Virus record (IMG/VR): IMGVR_UViG_3300030419_003648
Span: 1 to 64,000 of that record
DNA from: a virus
DNA length: 64,000 nucleotides
Reading direction: 5' to 3' (one strand)
Shown in pieces: positions 46,964 through 56,078 of this stretch (positions are counted from its first letter, which is position 1; each line of letters opens with the position of its first letter). The position numbers and the translations under genes are program-made. The notes below the pieces were generated by a model. The model saw only the letters and a program-made list of their open reading frames with translations, was not told the DNA's origin and made no database searches.

Positions 46964-48539
46964 TTTAATTGAAGATGATAGCTTTGCCGACGAAGCTACT
47001 TGGGACTTAATATGCTCAGGAAAGACTAAAGGTGTTTTCCAACTAGAAAGCAACTTGGGTAAGTCTTGGGCAAAAAGAGTCAAACCAAGAAACATTGAAG
47101 AACTAGCAGCCCTGCTGTCAATAATAAGACCCGGAACATTGAAGGCTATACAAGATGGCAAATCAATGACCCAAAGGTTTGTTGATAGGAAAAATGGGTC
47201 TGAAAAGATTACTTACCCACACCCATCTTTAGAGCCTATACTCAAAACAACCCAAGGGGTTCTTGTGTATCAAGAGCAGTCTATGCAGATTGCTCAAATG
47301 CTTGCTGGTTTTGATCTTCAAGAGGCAGATAACCTTCGTAAAGCAATCGGTAAGAAAAAAGCCGATCTAATGGCGAAAGTCAAAAAGGCATTTCTAGCTG
47401 GAGCTATTAAAGAGGGGATTGTTGATAAGGACACCGCTGAGGAAATCTTCAGTTGGATTGAGAAGTCCAGTCGTTACGCATTTAATAAGTCTCATGCGGT
47501 TTCGTATGCAGTATGTGCTTATTGGAGCGCTTTTTGTAAAGCTCATCACCAACTAGAATTTTACTGCAATTATTTGATCTACTCTTCAGGCAAGCCAGAC
47601 CCTCATCAAGAAGTCAGAGAGCTTGTCAACGATGCAAAGAATAATGAAATCTATATCAGCCCTCCATCAATAAAGAGCTTAAATGTTCAGACTGACATAA
47701 TTGATGGCCGTATACATTTCGGCATGTCTAATGTTAAGTCTATTGGCGTAAAGCATATAGAAAAATTCAAATCAATAATTAAAGAAGTAGAAGAGCAGAT
47801 AAACAAACCATTCATTGAATGGTCTTGGTATGATTTTTTGGTCTTGGCTTCGCAAAAGGTCAATAGGCCGGTGGTGATCGCTTTATGTTCGATTGGATTC
47901 TTTTCGCATTTGCCAGAGACCAGAACGGAAATGTTAGATAGGTTCCACACTTGGGGTCAACTTACTAAAAAGGAACAAGAGTGGGCGGTCGAAAACCATT
48001 CCAAATTTACCTGCATTGAAAAGATATTGAGCAAAATGGTTCCTGTCAAGAAAGAGGGCGGAGCTACATTCAATAAAAAGCGCTCTGACATGCTGCGCGA
48101 CCTTTTGAACGAAATGCAGAATCCATCAAGTCCAATGTCTGACTCTAGACGGTGGGTTATACAAGAAGAAGAAAGGTACTTAGGGGTAGCTTTAACATAC
48201 TCTAGAATTGAAGCCTGCAACACGAACCTAGCAAATACCACGATCAAAGAGTTTTTAGATGGTAAGCGAGGCGACATTAAAATGGCTGTTACCATTTCCG
48301 ATGTCAAAAAATGGGTAACTAAAAACGGTAAGATGAAAGGTTCTGAAATGGCATTTCTTTGTGTAGAAGATACCACTGGAACTTTAGACACGGTAACAGT
48401 GTTTTCTGACCAGTGGCAAGAGAACAAAGGTATACTGTATACTGGTAACAATGTTATAATTTCTGGCACATCATCGAAAGACAAAAGACGACAAATTGAC
48501 GATGGTTTCATTGTCAACAGCGTTATAGAATTAAGTTGA
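46947..48539 (+). CDS. dnaE: DNA polymerase III alpha, C-terminal part (fingers, HhH, OB)
   Basis: GVFQLES, IRPG, GVLVYQEQ, ADNLRKAIGKK, YAFNKSHAVSY, MAFLCVEDTTG; start uncertain. Confidence 0.92.
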   Translation: MAETFNLIEDDSFADEATWDLICSGKTKGVFQLESNLGKSWAKRVKPRNIEELAALLSIIRPGTLKAIQDGKSMTQRFVDRKNGSEKITYPHPSLEPILKTTQGVLVYQEQSMQIAQMLAGFDLQEADNLRKAIGKKKADLMAKVKKAFLAGAIKEGIVDKDTAEEIFSWIEKSSRYAFNKSHAVSYAVCAYWSAFCKAHHQLEFYCNYLIYSSGKPDPHQEVRELVNDAKNNEIYISPPSIKSLNVQTDIIDGRIHFGMSNVKSIGVKHIEKFKSIIKEVEEQINKPFIEWSWYDFLVLASQKVNRPVVIALCSIGFFSHLPETRTEMLDRFHTWGQLTKKEQEWAVENHSKFTCIEKILSKMVPVKKEGGATFNKKRSDMLRDLLNEMQNPSSPMSDSRRWVIQEEERYLGVALTYSRIEACNTNLANTTIKEFLDGKRGDIKMAVTISDVKKWVTKNGKMKGSEMAFLCVEDTTGTLDTVTVFSDQWQENKGILYTGNNVIISGTSSKDKRRQIDDGFIVNSVIELS

Positions 48540-48564
48540 CGAAAATCAAAAAGAACAGTATGAT
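48536..48564 (+). promoter_or_regulatory. sigma70-type promoter
   Basis: TTGACG-17 bp-TATGAT upstream of second ssb. Confidence 0.7.
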
Positions 48565-48596
48565 ATTTGTATCGTATTGCAATTTAGAGGGAAAGT

Positions 48597-48953
48597 ATGA
48601 ATACAATTTCTAATTATTGCCGCTTTATAGGACGGTTAGTTCAAGATCCAAAGACTGTAAAATTTGAAAATACGGAGCTTTGCACTTTTACGCTAGCTGT
48701 CACTGAGTACAGAAGAGAAAAAGATGGCAACAAAAAAAAGAATGTCAATTTTTTTGACTTTGAAGCATGGGACTCTGGCGGTTCAACTATTCAAAAACAC
48801 TGTAGTAAAGGCGACATAATTGATTTGGTGGCATCTGCCAGAAACAATTCTTGGACAGATAAGGATGGTAAGAAAAGATTCTCAACAAAGTTCAGAGTCA
48901 AAGAATTCAAACTCTTTGGAAATCAGCAAAAGCAAAAAACTGAAAAAAGCTGA
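48597..48953 (+). CDS. ssb: second SSB (OB fold) without acidic tail
   Basis: GRLVQDP, FTLAV, FFDFEAW, KGD, WTDKDG; ends QKQKTEKS. Confidence 0.85.
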   Translation: MNTISNYCRFIGRLVQDPKTVKFENTELCTFTLAVTEYRREKDGNKKKNVNFFDFEAWDSGGSTIQKHCSKGDIIDLVASARNNSWTDKDGKKRFSTKFRVKEFKLFGNQQKQKTEKS

Positions 48954-49443
48954 AAAAGAAAAACTGAAAACACAAAAAGAGCTTGAAGAAGAACTAGTTC
49001 ATGAACACTATGGGTTAGTTGTGTCTCAGGCTCTTTCTTTTTTCTATAGCTCATACTTTGATGACTATATTCAAGCCGGTCTAATAGGACTACTCAAGGC
49101 TATAAGAAACTACAATAGCGACAAATCAAAGTTCAGCACCTTTGCAACAGTTTGCATACGCAACGAAATGGTGACTTTTGATAGAAAAATAAAGAAGAAA
49201 AGCTTCAGCAACATAGTCTTTGACACAGAGAACATTGAAATCTTTGTGAAAGATAAAAACAAAGAACCTTTACCAAAAGACTGGCTTCCTAATTCACTTA
49301 CAGAAGAAGACAGGTTTATAATAGAATTAAAACTACAAAATTATACTAACAAAGAAATATGTAGTTTTTTGAGCTGCTCAAAGTATGTACTTTCTAACAA
49401 GATAAAAAATATTTCAGCAAAAGTAAAAGAGCATAACAAATGA
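48916..49443 (+). CDS. sigma-70-family factor (start uncertain)
   Basis: DDYIQAGLIGLLKAIRNY..KFSTFATVCIRNEM; region 4 LTEEDR..YTNKEI; candidate starts TTG 48916, ATG 48865. Confidence 0.8.
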   Translation: MEISKSKKLKKAEKEKLKTQKELEEELVHEHYGLVVSQALSFFYSSYFDDYIQAGLIGLLKAIRNYNSDKSKFSTFATVCIRNEMVTFDRKIKKKSFSNIVFDTENIEIFVKDKNKEPLPKDWLPNSLTEEDRFIIELKLQNYTNKEICSFLSCSKYVLSNKIKNISAKVKEHNK

Positions 49444-51074
49444 GAAAGAAGAGAATACTTTTTTGCGGAGAGGCTACATATCTAAACACTGGATATGCTA
49501 CCTATGGTAGAGAAGTTCTCAAGAGGCTTCACTCTACTGGCAAGTATGAGATAGCAGAATTTGCTAGTTACGGCTCAGAAAAAGATCCTAGATGCTCTAC
49601 CATTCCGTGGACTTTCTATGGCAACATGCCAGACCCTAACGACAAGGCTCAAATGCAAGAGTATGAGTCTATACCAACAAATCAATTTGGTGAGTGGAGA
49701 TTTGAAGCTGTCTTGTTAGATTTTCTTCCTGATATTGTTTTTGATATCAGGGACTTTTGGATGTTCGACTACCAAAATAGATCTCCATTTAGAAATTATT
49801 TTAATTGGACTATTATGCCAACTGTTGATGCGGCTCCACAAAATGAGCAATGGTTGGACACTTTTATAAGTGCCGATGCTGTATTCAATTATTCAGATTG
49901 GGGTTGGGACGTAATAAACAAAGAGTCTAATGGAAAAATAAACTGCTTAGGATCAGCACCTCCTTCTGCCGACTCTGCTTATCAACCAGTAGAAGACAAA
50001 GCCGAACACAAAGAATCTATGGGGTTCACAAAAGATACCAAGATAATTGGTACTGTGATGAGAAACCAAAGAAGAAAGCTGTTTCCAGACTTGTTTGAAG
50101 CGTTTAGAAAATTTCTAGACAATTCTGGAAGAACAGATGTCTTGCTTTATTGTCATACAAGCTATCCTGATTTGGGATGGGATATACCAAAACTGCTTTT
50201 GAAATATAAGCTTTCGTCAAAAGTTTTATTCACTTACGTTTGCAACAACTGTGGACATACTTTTCCGTCATTCTTTTCAGACGCAAGAAGAAAATGCCCA
50301 AAATGTGGACAATTTGCAGCTGGCCTTTCAAGCGTACAAAAGGGAGCGTCTTACGAATATTTATCAAGCATAATGAATTTATTTGACTTGTACGTTCAAT
50401 ATGCAAACAGTGAAGGGTTCGGTCTTCCTCAAGTCGAAGCTGCGGCTTGTGGAGTTCCCGTAATGAGCGTTGACTACTCAGCCATGAGCAGCGTTGTAAG
50501 AAAGTTAGATGGCTTTCCAGTAAAACCTAAAGCCCTGTACAACGAAGTTGAAACTGGTTGCAATAGAGCCGTTCCAGATAATGACCATGCAGCTGAACAA
50601 ATGCAAAAGTTCTTCGATATGACGGATGCAGAGCAGCAAACATTGTCAAAAAATACTAGATTGAACTTTGAAAAATATTACCAGTGGGACAAGACTGCTA
50701 AAAAATGGGAAGACTATTTTGATTCAGTAGAAATCAGACCTATTGAACAAACATGGAAATCTCCCCCAAGAATACACCAACCCTCAAACACAATACCTCA
50801 AAACCTTTCACCAGCACAATTTGCTAAGTGGCTTATAACAGATGTCTTAGGCGAGCCAGAAAGATTGAATACATATTTTGAGTCTAGGCTGTTAAGAGAC
50901 TTAAATTATGGAATGTACATTCAGGGTACAGGAGAAATGTATTTGAATGAGGATTCTTATAAGTTCATAAAGCCCGTATATGAAAAGTTTGAAAAGCAAG
51001 AAGCTTACAACATGATGGTAGGATTATGCAACCGACGCAATCAATGGGAAGCAGCTAGGAGTAAACTTCAATGA
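49440..51074 (+). CDS. GT4 glycosyltransferase with inserted Zn ribbon
   Basis: TGYA, RNQRRK, CNNCG..CPKCG, SEGFGLPQVEAAACGVP. Confidence 0.85.
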   Translation: MRKKRILFCGEATYLNTGYATYGREVLKRLHSTGKYEIAEFASYGSEKDPRCSTIPWTFYGNMPDPNDKAQMQEYESIPTNQFGEWRFEAVLLDFLPDIVFDIRDFWMFDYQNRSPFRNYFNWTIMPTVDAAPQNEQWLDTFISADAVFNYSDWGWDVINKESNGKINCLGSAPPSADSAYQPVEDKAEHKESMGFTKDTKIIGTVMRNQRRKLFPDLFEAFRKFLDNSGRTDVLLYCHTSYPDLGWDIPKLLLKYKLSSKVLFTYVCNNCGHTFPSFFSDARRKCPKCGQFAAGLSSVQKGASYEYLSSIMNLFDLYVQYANSEGFGLPQVEAAACGVPVMSVDYSAMSSVVRKLDGFPVKPKALYNEVETGCNRAVPDNDHAAEQMQKFFDMTDAEQQTLSKNTRLNFEKYYQWDKTAKKWEDYFDSVEIRPIEQTWKSPPRIHQPSNTIPQNLSPAQFAKWLITDVLGEPERLNTYFESRLLRDLNYGMYIQGTGEMYLNEDSYKFIKPVYEKFEKQEAYNMMVGLCNRRNQWEAARSKLQ

Positions 51075-52192
51075 AAGTCTTATACATAGGCTGTTACAGA
51101 GATGGTACTGGTTGGGGTCAAGCGGCTACTGACTACATATTGTCATTAGATAGTATTGGCGTACAAGTAGTACCTCGTCCAGTAAAATTGAATTCTAATC
51201 TAATTGAACTTCACCCTAGAATAGCTCAGCTCGAAAATAGAGATTCTAGTGGTTGTGATATTTGCATTCAGCATGTTCTTCCTCATATGATGGATCATAA
51301 TCCTAGATTCAAAAAGAACATAGCTTTATACGCTACAGAAACAAGCAACTTCAAAAGATCTGGCTGGTCTAGAAGAATCAATTTCATGGATGAGGCTTGG
51401 GTTATCAACAACCAAATGGTTGAAGCCTCAAGAAACAGCGGAGTAGAAATACCCATAAAGGTTGTCCCGCACGCAACTAACTTTGGAAAATTTGATACTA
51501 ATTACAACAAAATAGAATTTCTAGACAACGACACTTTCAAATTTTATTTTATTGGTGAGCTAAACGAAAGAAAAAACCTAAGAGCATTTTTGAAAGCTTT
51601 TCACTCTGAGTTTAGAAAATCTGACAATGTTTCAATAGTCATCAAAACAAGCAAGCACGGAGTATCACCAGAACAGTGCGCGTCTGAAGTTAGAGACATA
51701 TGCAACGAAGTTAAGGTTGGTTTAAAACTATACCCTAATCTTAACGATTACAAAGAAGATTTAATAATCACAGACAGACTAAGCGAAGTAGACATGATGA
51801 GGCTTCATGCAAGTTGTGACTGTTTTGTGATGCCAAGTTACGGAGAGGCTTGGTCTATACCTTGTTTTGACGCTATGGGATTTGGAAAAACCCCAATATG
51901 CACAAACATTGGAGGTATGTCTGATTTTATTGGTAACGCAGGATTTCTAATAGAAGGAAGACAAGAGCCTGTTTATGGCATGTTAAATACGTTTCCATAC
52001 TTATTTACGGCAGAAGAAGAATGGTGTTCTATAGACATCAGTGAATTAAAGAAAGTCATGCGGCATGTGTACGAGAATAGAGAATCTCTAGAGGAGATGC
52101 GAAACTTGGGAGCTAAAAACGCTTATGACTATTCATACCCTAAGATTGGAGCATTGATGAAGAAGTTAATAGAGGAGAGCAATGATGATTAG
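51071..52192 (+). CDS. GT4 glycosyltransferase
   Basis: GTGWG, ERKN, PSYGEAWSIPCFDAMGFG. Confidence 0.85.
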   Translation: MKVLYIGCYRDGTGWGQAATDYILSLDSIGVQVVPRPVKLNSNLIELHPRIAQLENRDSSGCDICIQHVLPHMMDHNPRFKKNIALYATETSNFKRSGWSRRINFMDEAWVINNQMVEASRNSGVEIPIKVVPHATNFGKFDTNYNKIEFLDNDTFKFYFIGELNERKNLRAFLKAFHSEFRKSDNVSIVIKTSKHGVSPEQCASEVRDICNEVKVGLKLYPNLNDYKEDLIITDRLSEVDMMRLHASCDCFVMPSYGEAWSIPCFDAMGFGKTPICTNIGGMSDFIGNAGFLIEGRQEPVYGMLNTFPYLFTAEEEWCSIDISELKKVMRHVYENRESLEEMRNLGAKNAYDYSYPKIGALMKKLIEESNDD

Positions 52193-53201
52193 TCCTGTTA
52201 CTTCCATCACAAGAGCTGCTACCAGAAGGATAAAAGAGCCTCTTAACATACTTACATTTCCCACGCACGAGAGATATGAAAGTATGCTCGCTAAATGCGG
52301 ACATAACTTCTATGCGTATAGGGCGCAGGGTATAAAAGATTGGAACACTAACTACGCTGATATACCTGATAATTATTTCTTATTAGATCCAGATTTAGGC
52401 GAAGAGCAGATACCAGAACATGTGGACTTCGACCTTGTTTTGTCTCAAAATAAATTTGGGCAATTTCAAATAGCTAAAAAATTAGCTGGAATGTTACATC
52501 TACCCCTTGTAAGCCTTGAACACACACTTCCAATCCCGACTTGGGGCGAGGATGTGTTAGAATCCACAAGACAAATGAGAGGTCATCTAAATCTATTCAT
52601 ATCTAGATACAGCATAGACGCTTGGGGATGGCAAGAAGGCAAAGATACATTGGTGATAACACACGGTGTTGATACCGATTTGTTTAAACCAAATGATAAA
52701 GTAGAAAGAGAAGACCATATCCTGTCTGTGGTGAACGACTGGATTAATAGAGATTGGTGTTGTGGTTTTGGTATTTGGCAAAACGTCATAAAGGGGCTTC
52801 CCTTTAAGGTGGTAGGCGACACTCCGGGCTTGTCAGAGCCAGCGTCTTCTACGGAAGAGCTTGTCGCCTCCTACCAAAACAGCAGAATTTTTCTCAACAC
52901 TTCTACTATTTCTCCGGTTCCAACAGCGCTGCTAGAGGCCATGTCTTGTGGTTGTGCTATTGTGACTACTGCTACATGTATGATTCCTGAAATAGTGGAA
53001 AACGGAGTAAATGGTTTTATCAGTAATGACATGGATGAACTCAAAGAGTATTTAGTCATGCTTCTAAACGATGAAGATCTTGCTGAAAAAATGGGAAAAG
53101 CAGCGAGAAAGACTATAGTAGACAGGTTTTCTGTAGAACGATTTGCTTCAAAGTGGGACTTTATACTAAACACTGCTTCTAAAAAGGTTTTTGTGGGATG
53201 A
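52182..53201 (+). CDS. GT4 glycosyltransferase
   Basis: HGVDTDLF, LLEAMSCGCAIV, VENGVNG, FSVERF. Confidence 0.85.
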   Translation: MMISPVTSITRAATRRIKEPLNILTFPTHERYESMLAKCGHNFYAYRAQGIKDWNTNYADIPDNYFLLDPDLGEEQIPEHVDFDLVLSQNKFGQFQIAKKLAGMLHLPLVSLEHTLPIPTWGEDVLESTRQMRGHLNLFISRYSIDAWGWQEGKDTLVITHGVDTDLFKPNDKVEREDHILSVVNDWINRDWCCGFGIWQNVIKGLPFKVVGDTPGLSEPASSTEELVASYQNSRIFLNTSTISPVPTALLEAMSCGCAIVTTATCMIPEIVENGVNGFISNDMDELKEYLVMLLNDEDLAEKMGKAARKTIVDRFSVERFASKWDFILNTASKKVFVG

Positions 53202-53662
53202 AAGTAAGAATAACAGTAGGCGAAGAAACCAAACTAAATGGGTATCTGAATATAGACCCTATTACTAAGTTTGACGACGTTGCTGTAGATATTAGAAATA
53301 TCGACGAAGTCGTAGAAAATGCTTCTTGTAAAGAGCTTATATCCGATCATATATTAGGTTTTTTAGAAAAAGAGGAAGCGATTAGAGTGCTAAAGGGGTA
53401 TATGAAAAAAATACGCCATAATGGTACTATAATAGTGTCGGAAATAGACTCTTACGAAGTGGCAAGGTCTTTCTACAGGAAAGAAATAGACTCTGACTTT
53501 TTTAACAAGGCTGTGCATGGAAACTTTTCTCATCCTTGGGATGTGAAAATGAGCAGTTACACTTTAGAAGAATTAGCTGATATTCTTGCTTCCGGCGGAT
53601 TTAAAATAATTAAAAAAAGATTAAACGGTATTAGACTAACAATAGAGGCCCAAAGACCATGA
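53198..53662 (+). CDS. degenerate class I SAM methyltransferase-like protein
   Basis: GYLNID..VDIR..HIL..G.I..L..GF pattern. Confidence 0.6.
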   Translation: MKVRITVGEETKLNGYLNIDPITKFDDVAVDIRNIDEVVENASCKELISDHILGFLEKEEAIRVLKGYMKKIRHNGTIIVSEIDSYEVARSFYRKEIDSDFFNKAVHGNFSHPWDVKMSSYTLEELADILASGGFKIIKKRLNGIRLTIEAQRP

Positions 53663-54468
53663 CTCAAGCATCCGATATAGCTTCATTTGAGCAAGGACAA
53701 GTCGAAGAAGAAAAGCAGGTACTACACACGACCTGTAAAAACTGCGTCTTTTCAGTTGTAGAAGGCAAAACTCAAACTGGATGCAAATTGAAAAGGATAG
53801 AAGCCTACAAAAAGCTAGGCACTACTGTAATCGAAGCAGAAGATTTAGAAGAAAATGAATTTTTTGTTATCGAGTCTTGGTGTAATGGTTACAGAGAGAA
53901 AGAATGGCTCCTCACTATTCCAGAAGATACAGACGATTTAGAGGCTGTGAGAAAAGAGATCCTTCCAAGACTTGGATTTTTTGTTTTAGTAAATGAAGAA
54001 AATTCTGATGTCAAAAAGACGATAGAGTCGGTAATAAAAGCAAAAGCAAGCTACGTAGTCGTCGTTAATAATAGCAAAAAGGACTATGTTGACCTGATTG
54101 AAGAATGTCAAAGCTACGTAGAAAATTGTGATTTGACGCTTAAAGTCATGAATCTAATTGAAGAAGTCAATGAATACGAAGCTATAGACGAAGCCTTTGG
54201 TAATGCCCAAAGCGGTTATTACTCAGTGATTGTTTCTGGCGAAGAAGCTAGAGAAGATATTTTGGAACGACTAGATGTAGCCATCAACGAAAATCTAACT
54301 CGTGTTGGATATGTAAAACCATACGATGGCGTGAATGGAATGACTGTTCTTTCGCTAATGCACAAACATTTAAACGGGAACGTAAATGGCTTCTTAGAAG
54401 AAAAAGTCATAGGAGCTGCAAAAATGGACAATTCGTCTAACCTTGTACAAAGCTGGGAAACCATCTAA
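53659..54468 (+). CDS. hypothetical protein (Cys cluster plus possible degenerate GT-A domain)
   Basis: CKNC..C..C; VVVVNN. Confidence 0.5.
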   Translation: MTQASDIASFEQGQVEEEKQVLHTTCKNCVFSVVEGKTQTGCKLKRIEAYKKLGTTVIEAEDLEENEFFVIESWCNGYREKEWLLTIPEDTDDLEAVRKEILPRLGFFVLVNEENSDVKKTIESVIKAKASYVVVVNNSKKDYVDLIEECQSYVENCDLTLKVMNLIEEVNEYEAIDEAFGNAQSGYYSVIVSGEEAREDILERLDVAINENLTRVGYVKPYDGVNGMTVLSLMHKHLNGNVNGFLEEKVIGAAKMDNSSNLVQSWETI

Positions 54469-55232
54469 TGCTGCCAAAAGTCACTATTCTTATAGCGAAC
54501 TATAACGACGAAGAATATATAGACAATGCAATAGAAAGTGCGGTTAATCAAGATTATCCGGGTTCTATGACTGTATGTATAGTGGATGATGGATCAAAAG
54601 ATGATTCTTGGGAAATCATAAGCTCTTATTTTGATGACAAAGATGGTGATGTTCTTACAAAAAATAACTCTGGAAGATTTGGACAGACAAATCTTGTAGC
54701 TATAAAAAATGTAAATTCTGGCCCAAGCGAAGCAAGAAATGTAGGGATTGAATATACTTTAGAAGACACTGATATATATGCAATACTAGATTCTGATGAT
54801 GAAATGTACGAAAACAAAATCAGCTCTTGTGTTACTGTATTTGAGCAGGGTAATGGTCTAGTAGGTGTCGTGTATGGAGATTATGACACGTTACATGTTG
54901 AATCAGGAAAGATTATAAGAGAATTTAAAGAGCCTTACAGTAGAAAAAGGTTGGTACAAGAGTGCATTGTTCATAGCGGGTCTCTCATTTCTAAAGAAGC
55001 TTTGTTGTCAGTAAAAGAAGAAACTGGATTTTATGACAAAACAATGAGAACCTGCGAAGACTATGATCTTTGGATGAGAATAAGCGAAAAATATATAATT
55101 GCTCACGTACCTAAATCTTTAACAAAAGTAAGAGTAACTGGTGATAACTCTTCTTTTATTGTTAACCAAGACATTTGGCAAAAAAACTGGTTAAGAGTAA
55201 TGGAAAAAATGCAACAAAGAATAAATGAGTAG
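54468..55232 (+). CDS. GT2 glycosyltransferase
   Basis: IANYN, VDDGSKD, GPSEARNVG, LDSDD, CEDYDLWMR. Confidence 0.9.
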   Translation: MLPKVTILIANYNDEEYIDNAIESAVNQDYPGSMTVCIVDDGSKDDSWEIISSYFDDKDGDVLTKNNSGRFGQTNLVAIKNVNSGPSEARNVGIEYTLEDTDIYAILDSDDEMYENKISSCVTVFEQGNGLVGVVYGDYDTLHVESGKIIREFKEPYSRKRLVQECIVHSGSLISKEALLSVKEETGFYDKTMRTCEDYDLWMRISEKYIIAHVPKSLTKVRVTGDNSSFIVNQDIWQKNWLRVMEKMQQRINE

Positions 55233-55929
55233 ATTTACCTCCGCCATAAAGAAAAATGGTGCTGGTCAATACAACGGTGAAAAACTAAGTATTGTAATAC
55301 CAGCGGCAGGAATGGGTCACAGGATGAAATCCTATGGCCCTAAATGCTTATTGGCGGCAAATAGTAGAGACACTATTCTTCAGAAGATAATAAAGAACGC
55401 AAAAAGAGAATATCCAAACTCAGACATAGTAGTAGTGACTGGGTTTGAATCAGAAAAAGTTATAAAGTCACTTCCACAAGAAATAAGAATTGTAGAAAAC
55501 TCAAACTACGAAACAACTAACACCGTAGAAAGCCTAAGAATAGGAATTAACGCCTGCGCGACAAGAAATGTCCTAATCATATACGGCGATCTTATCTTTA
55601 ATACATATTCTATACGCGACTTAACAAACGATGGTTCATCCATAGTTTATGATAAAAAGCAACAATTCAAGAGCGATGAAATTGGCGTAACAATAGTAGA
55701 TAATTGTGCAACCAGATTTGCTTACGGTTTAGAAAACAAATGGTCTCAAATAGCTTTTTTTGAAGGCGAAGACTTTGACTTATTAAAACAATTTTGTTCT
55801 GACAAAAGAAAAAGTAAACTTTATCCATTTGAAATATTTAATTACATGATCAACAAGGGTTGCAGCATAAAAGCCATAGCACCAAAAGGGATGATCATAA
55901 GAGAAATAGATTCTTTAAAGGATTTATAA
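55225..55929 (+). CDS. LicC/IspD-like sugar-phosphate nucleotidyltransferase
   Basis: IPAAGMGHRM, PKCLL, N..Y.TTN..SL, YGDL, EIDS..DL. Confidence 0.8.
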   Translation: MSRFTSAIKKNGAGQYNGEKLSIVIPAAGMGHRMKSYGPKCLLAANSRDTILQKIIKNAKREYPNSDIVVVTGFESEKVIKSLPQEIRIVENSNYETTNTVESLRIGINACATRNVLIIYGDLIFNTYSIRDLTNDGSSIVYDKKQQFKSDEIGVTIVDNCATRFAYGLENKWSQIAFFEGEDFDLLKQFCSDKRKSKLYPFEIFNYMINKGCSIKAIAPKGMIIREIDSLKDL

Positions 55930-56078
55930 TGGGAAACTATTGGGGCTGGATTAAAAATAACTACAAGTGGTATGCTTGGAAGTATGTAAAAAATAAGGTC
56001 AAAGTTAAACTTGGACCATTTTATACTATAGAAGAAGCTCAAGAAGCGGCAGAAAAATATGAAGATTCTAATAAGTAG
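55929..56078 (+). CDS. stand-alone AP2-like mini-protein (49 aa)
   Basis: KWYAW..KVKLGPFYTIEEAQEA. Confidence 0.5.
   Translation: MGNYWGWIKNNYKWYAWKYVKNKVKVKLGPFYTIEEAQEAAEKYEDSNK

Noticed and set aside
44171-48539. Split intein or group I intron in dnaE
   Set aside because: No Cys-initiated intein N-block or HN/C end; the gap is filled by overlapping ORFs with no room for an intron core
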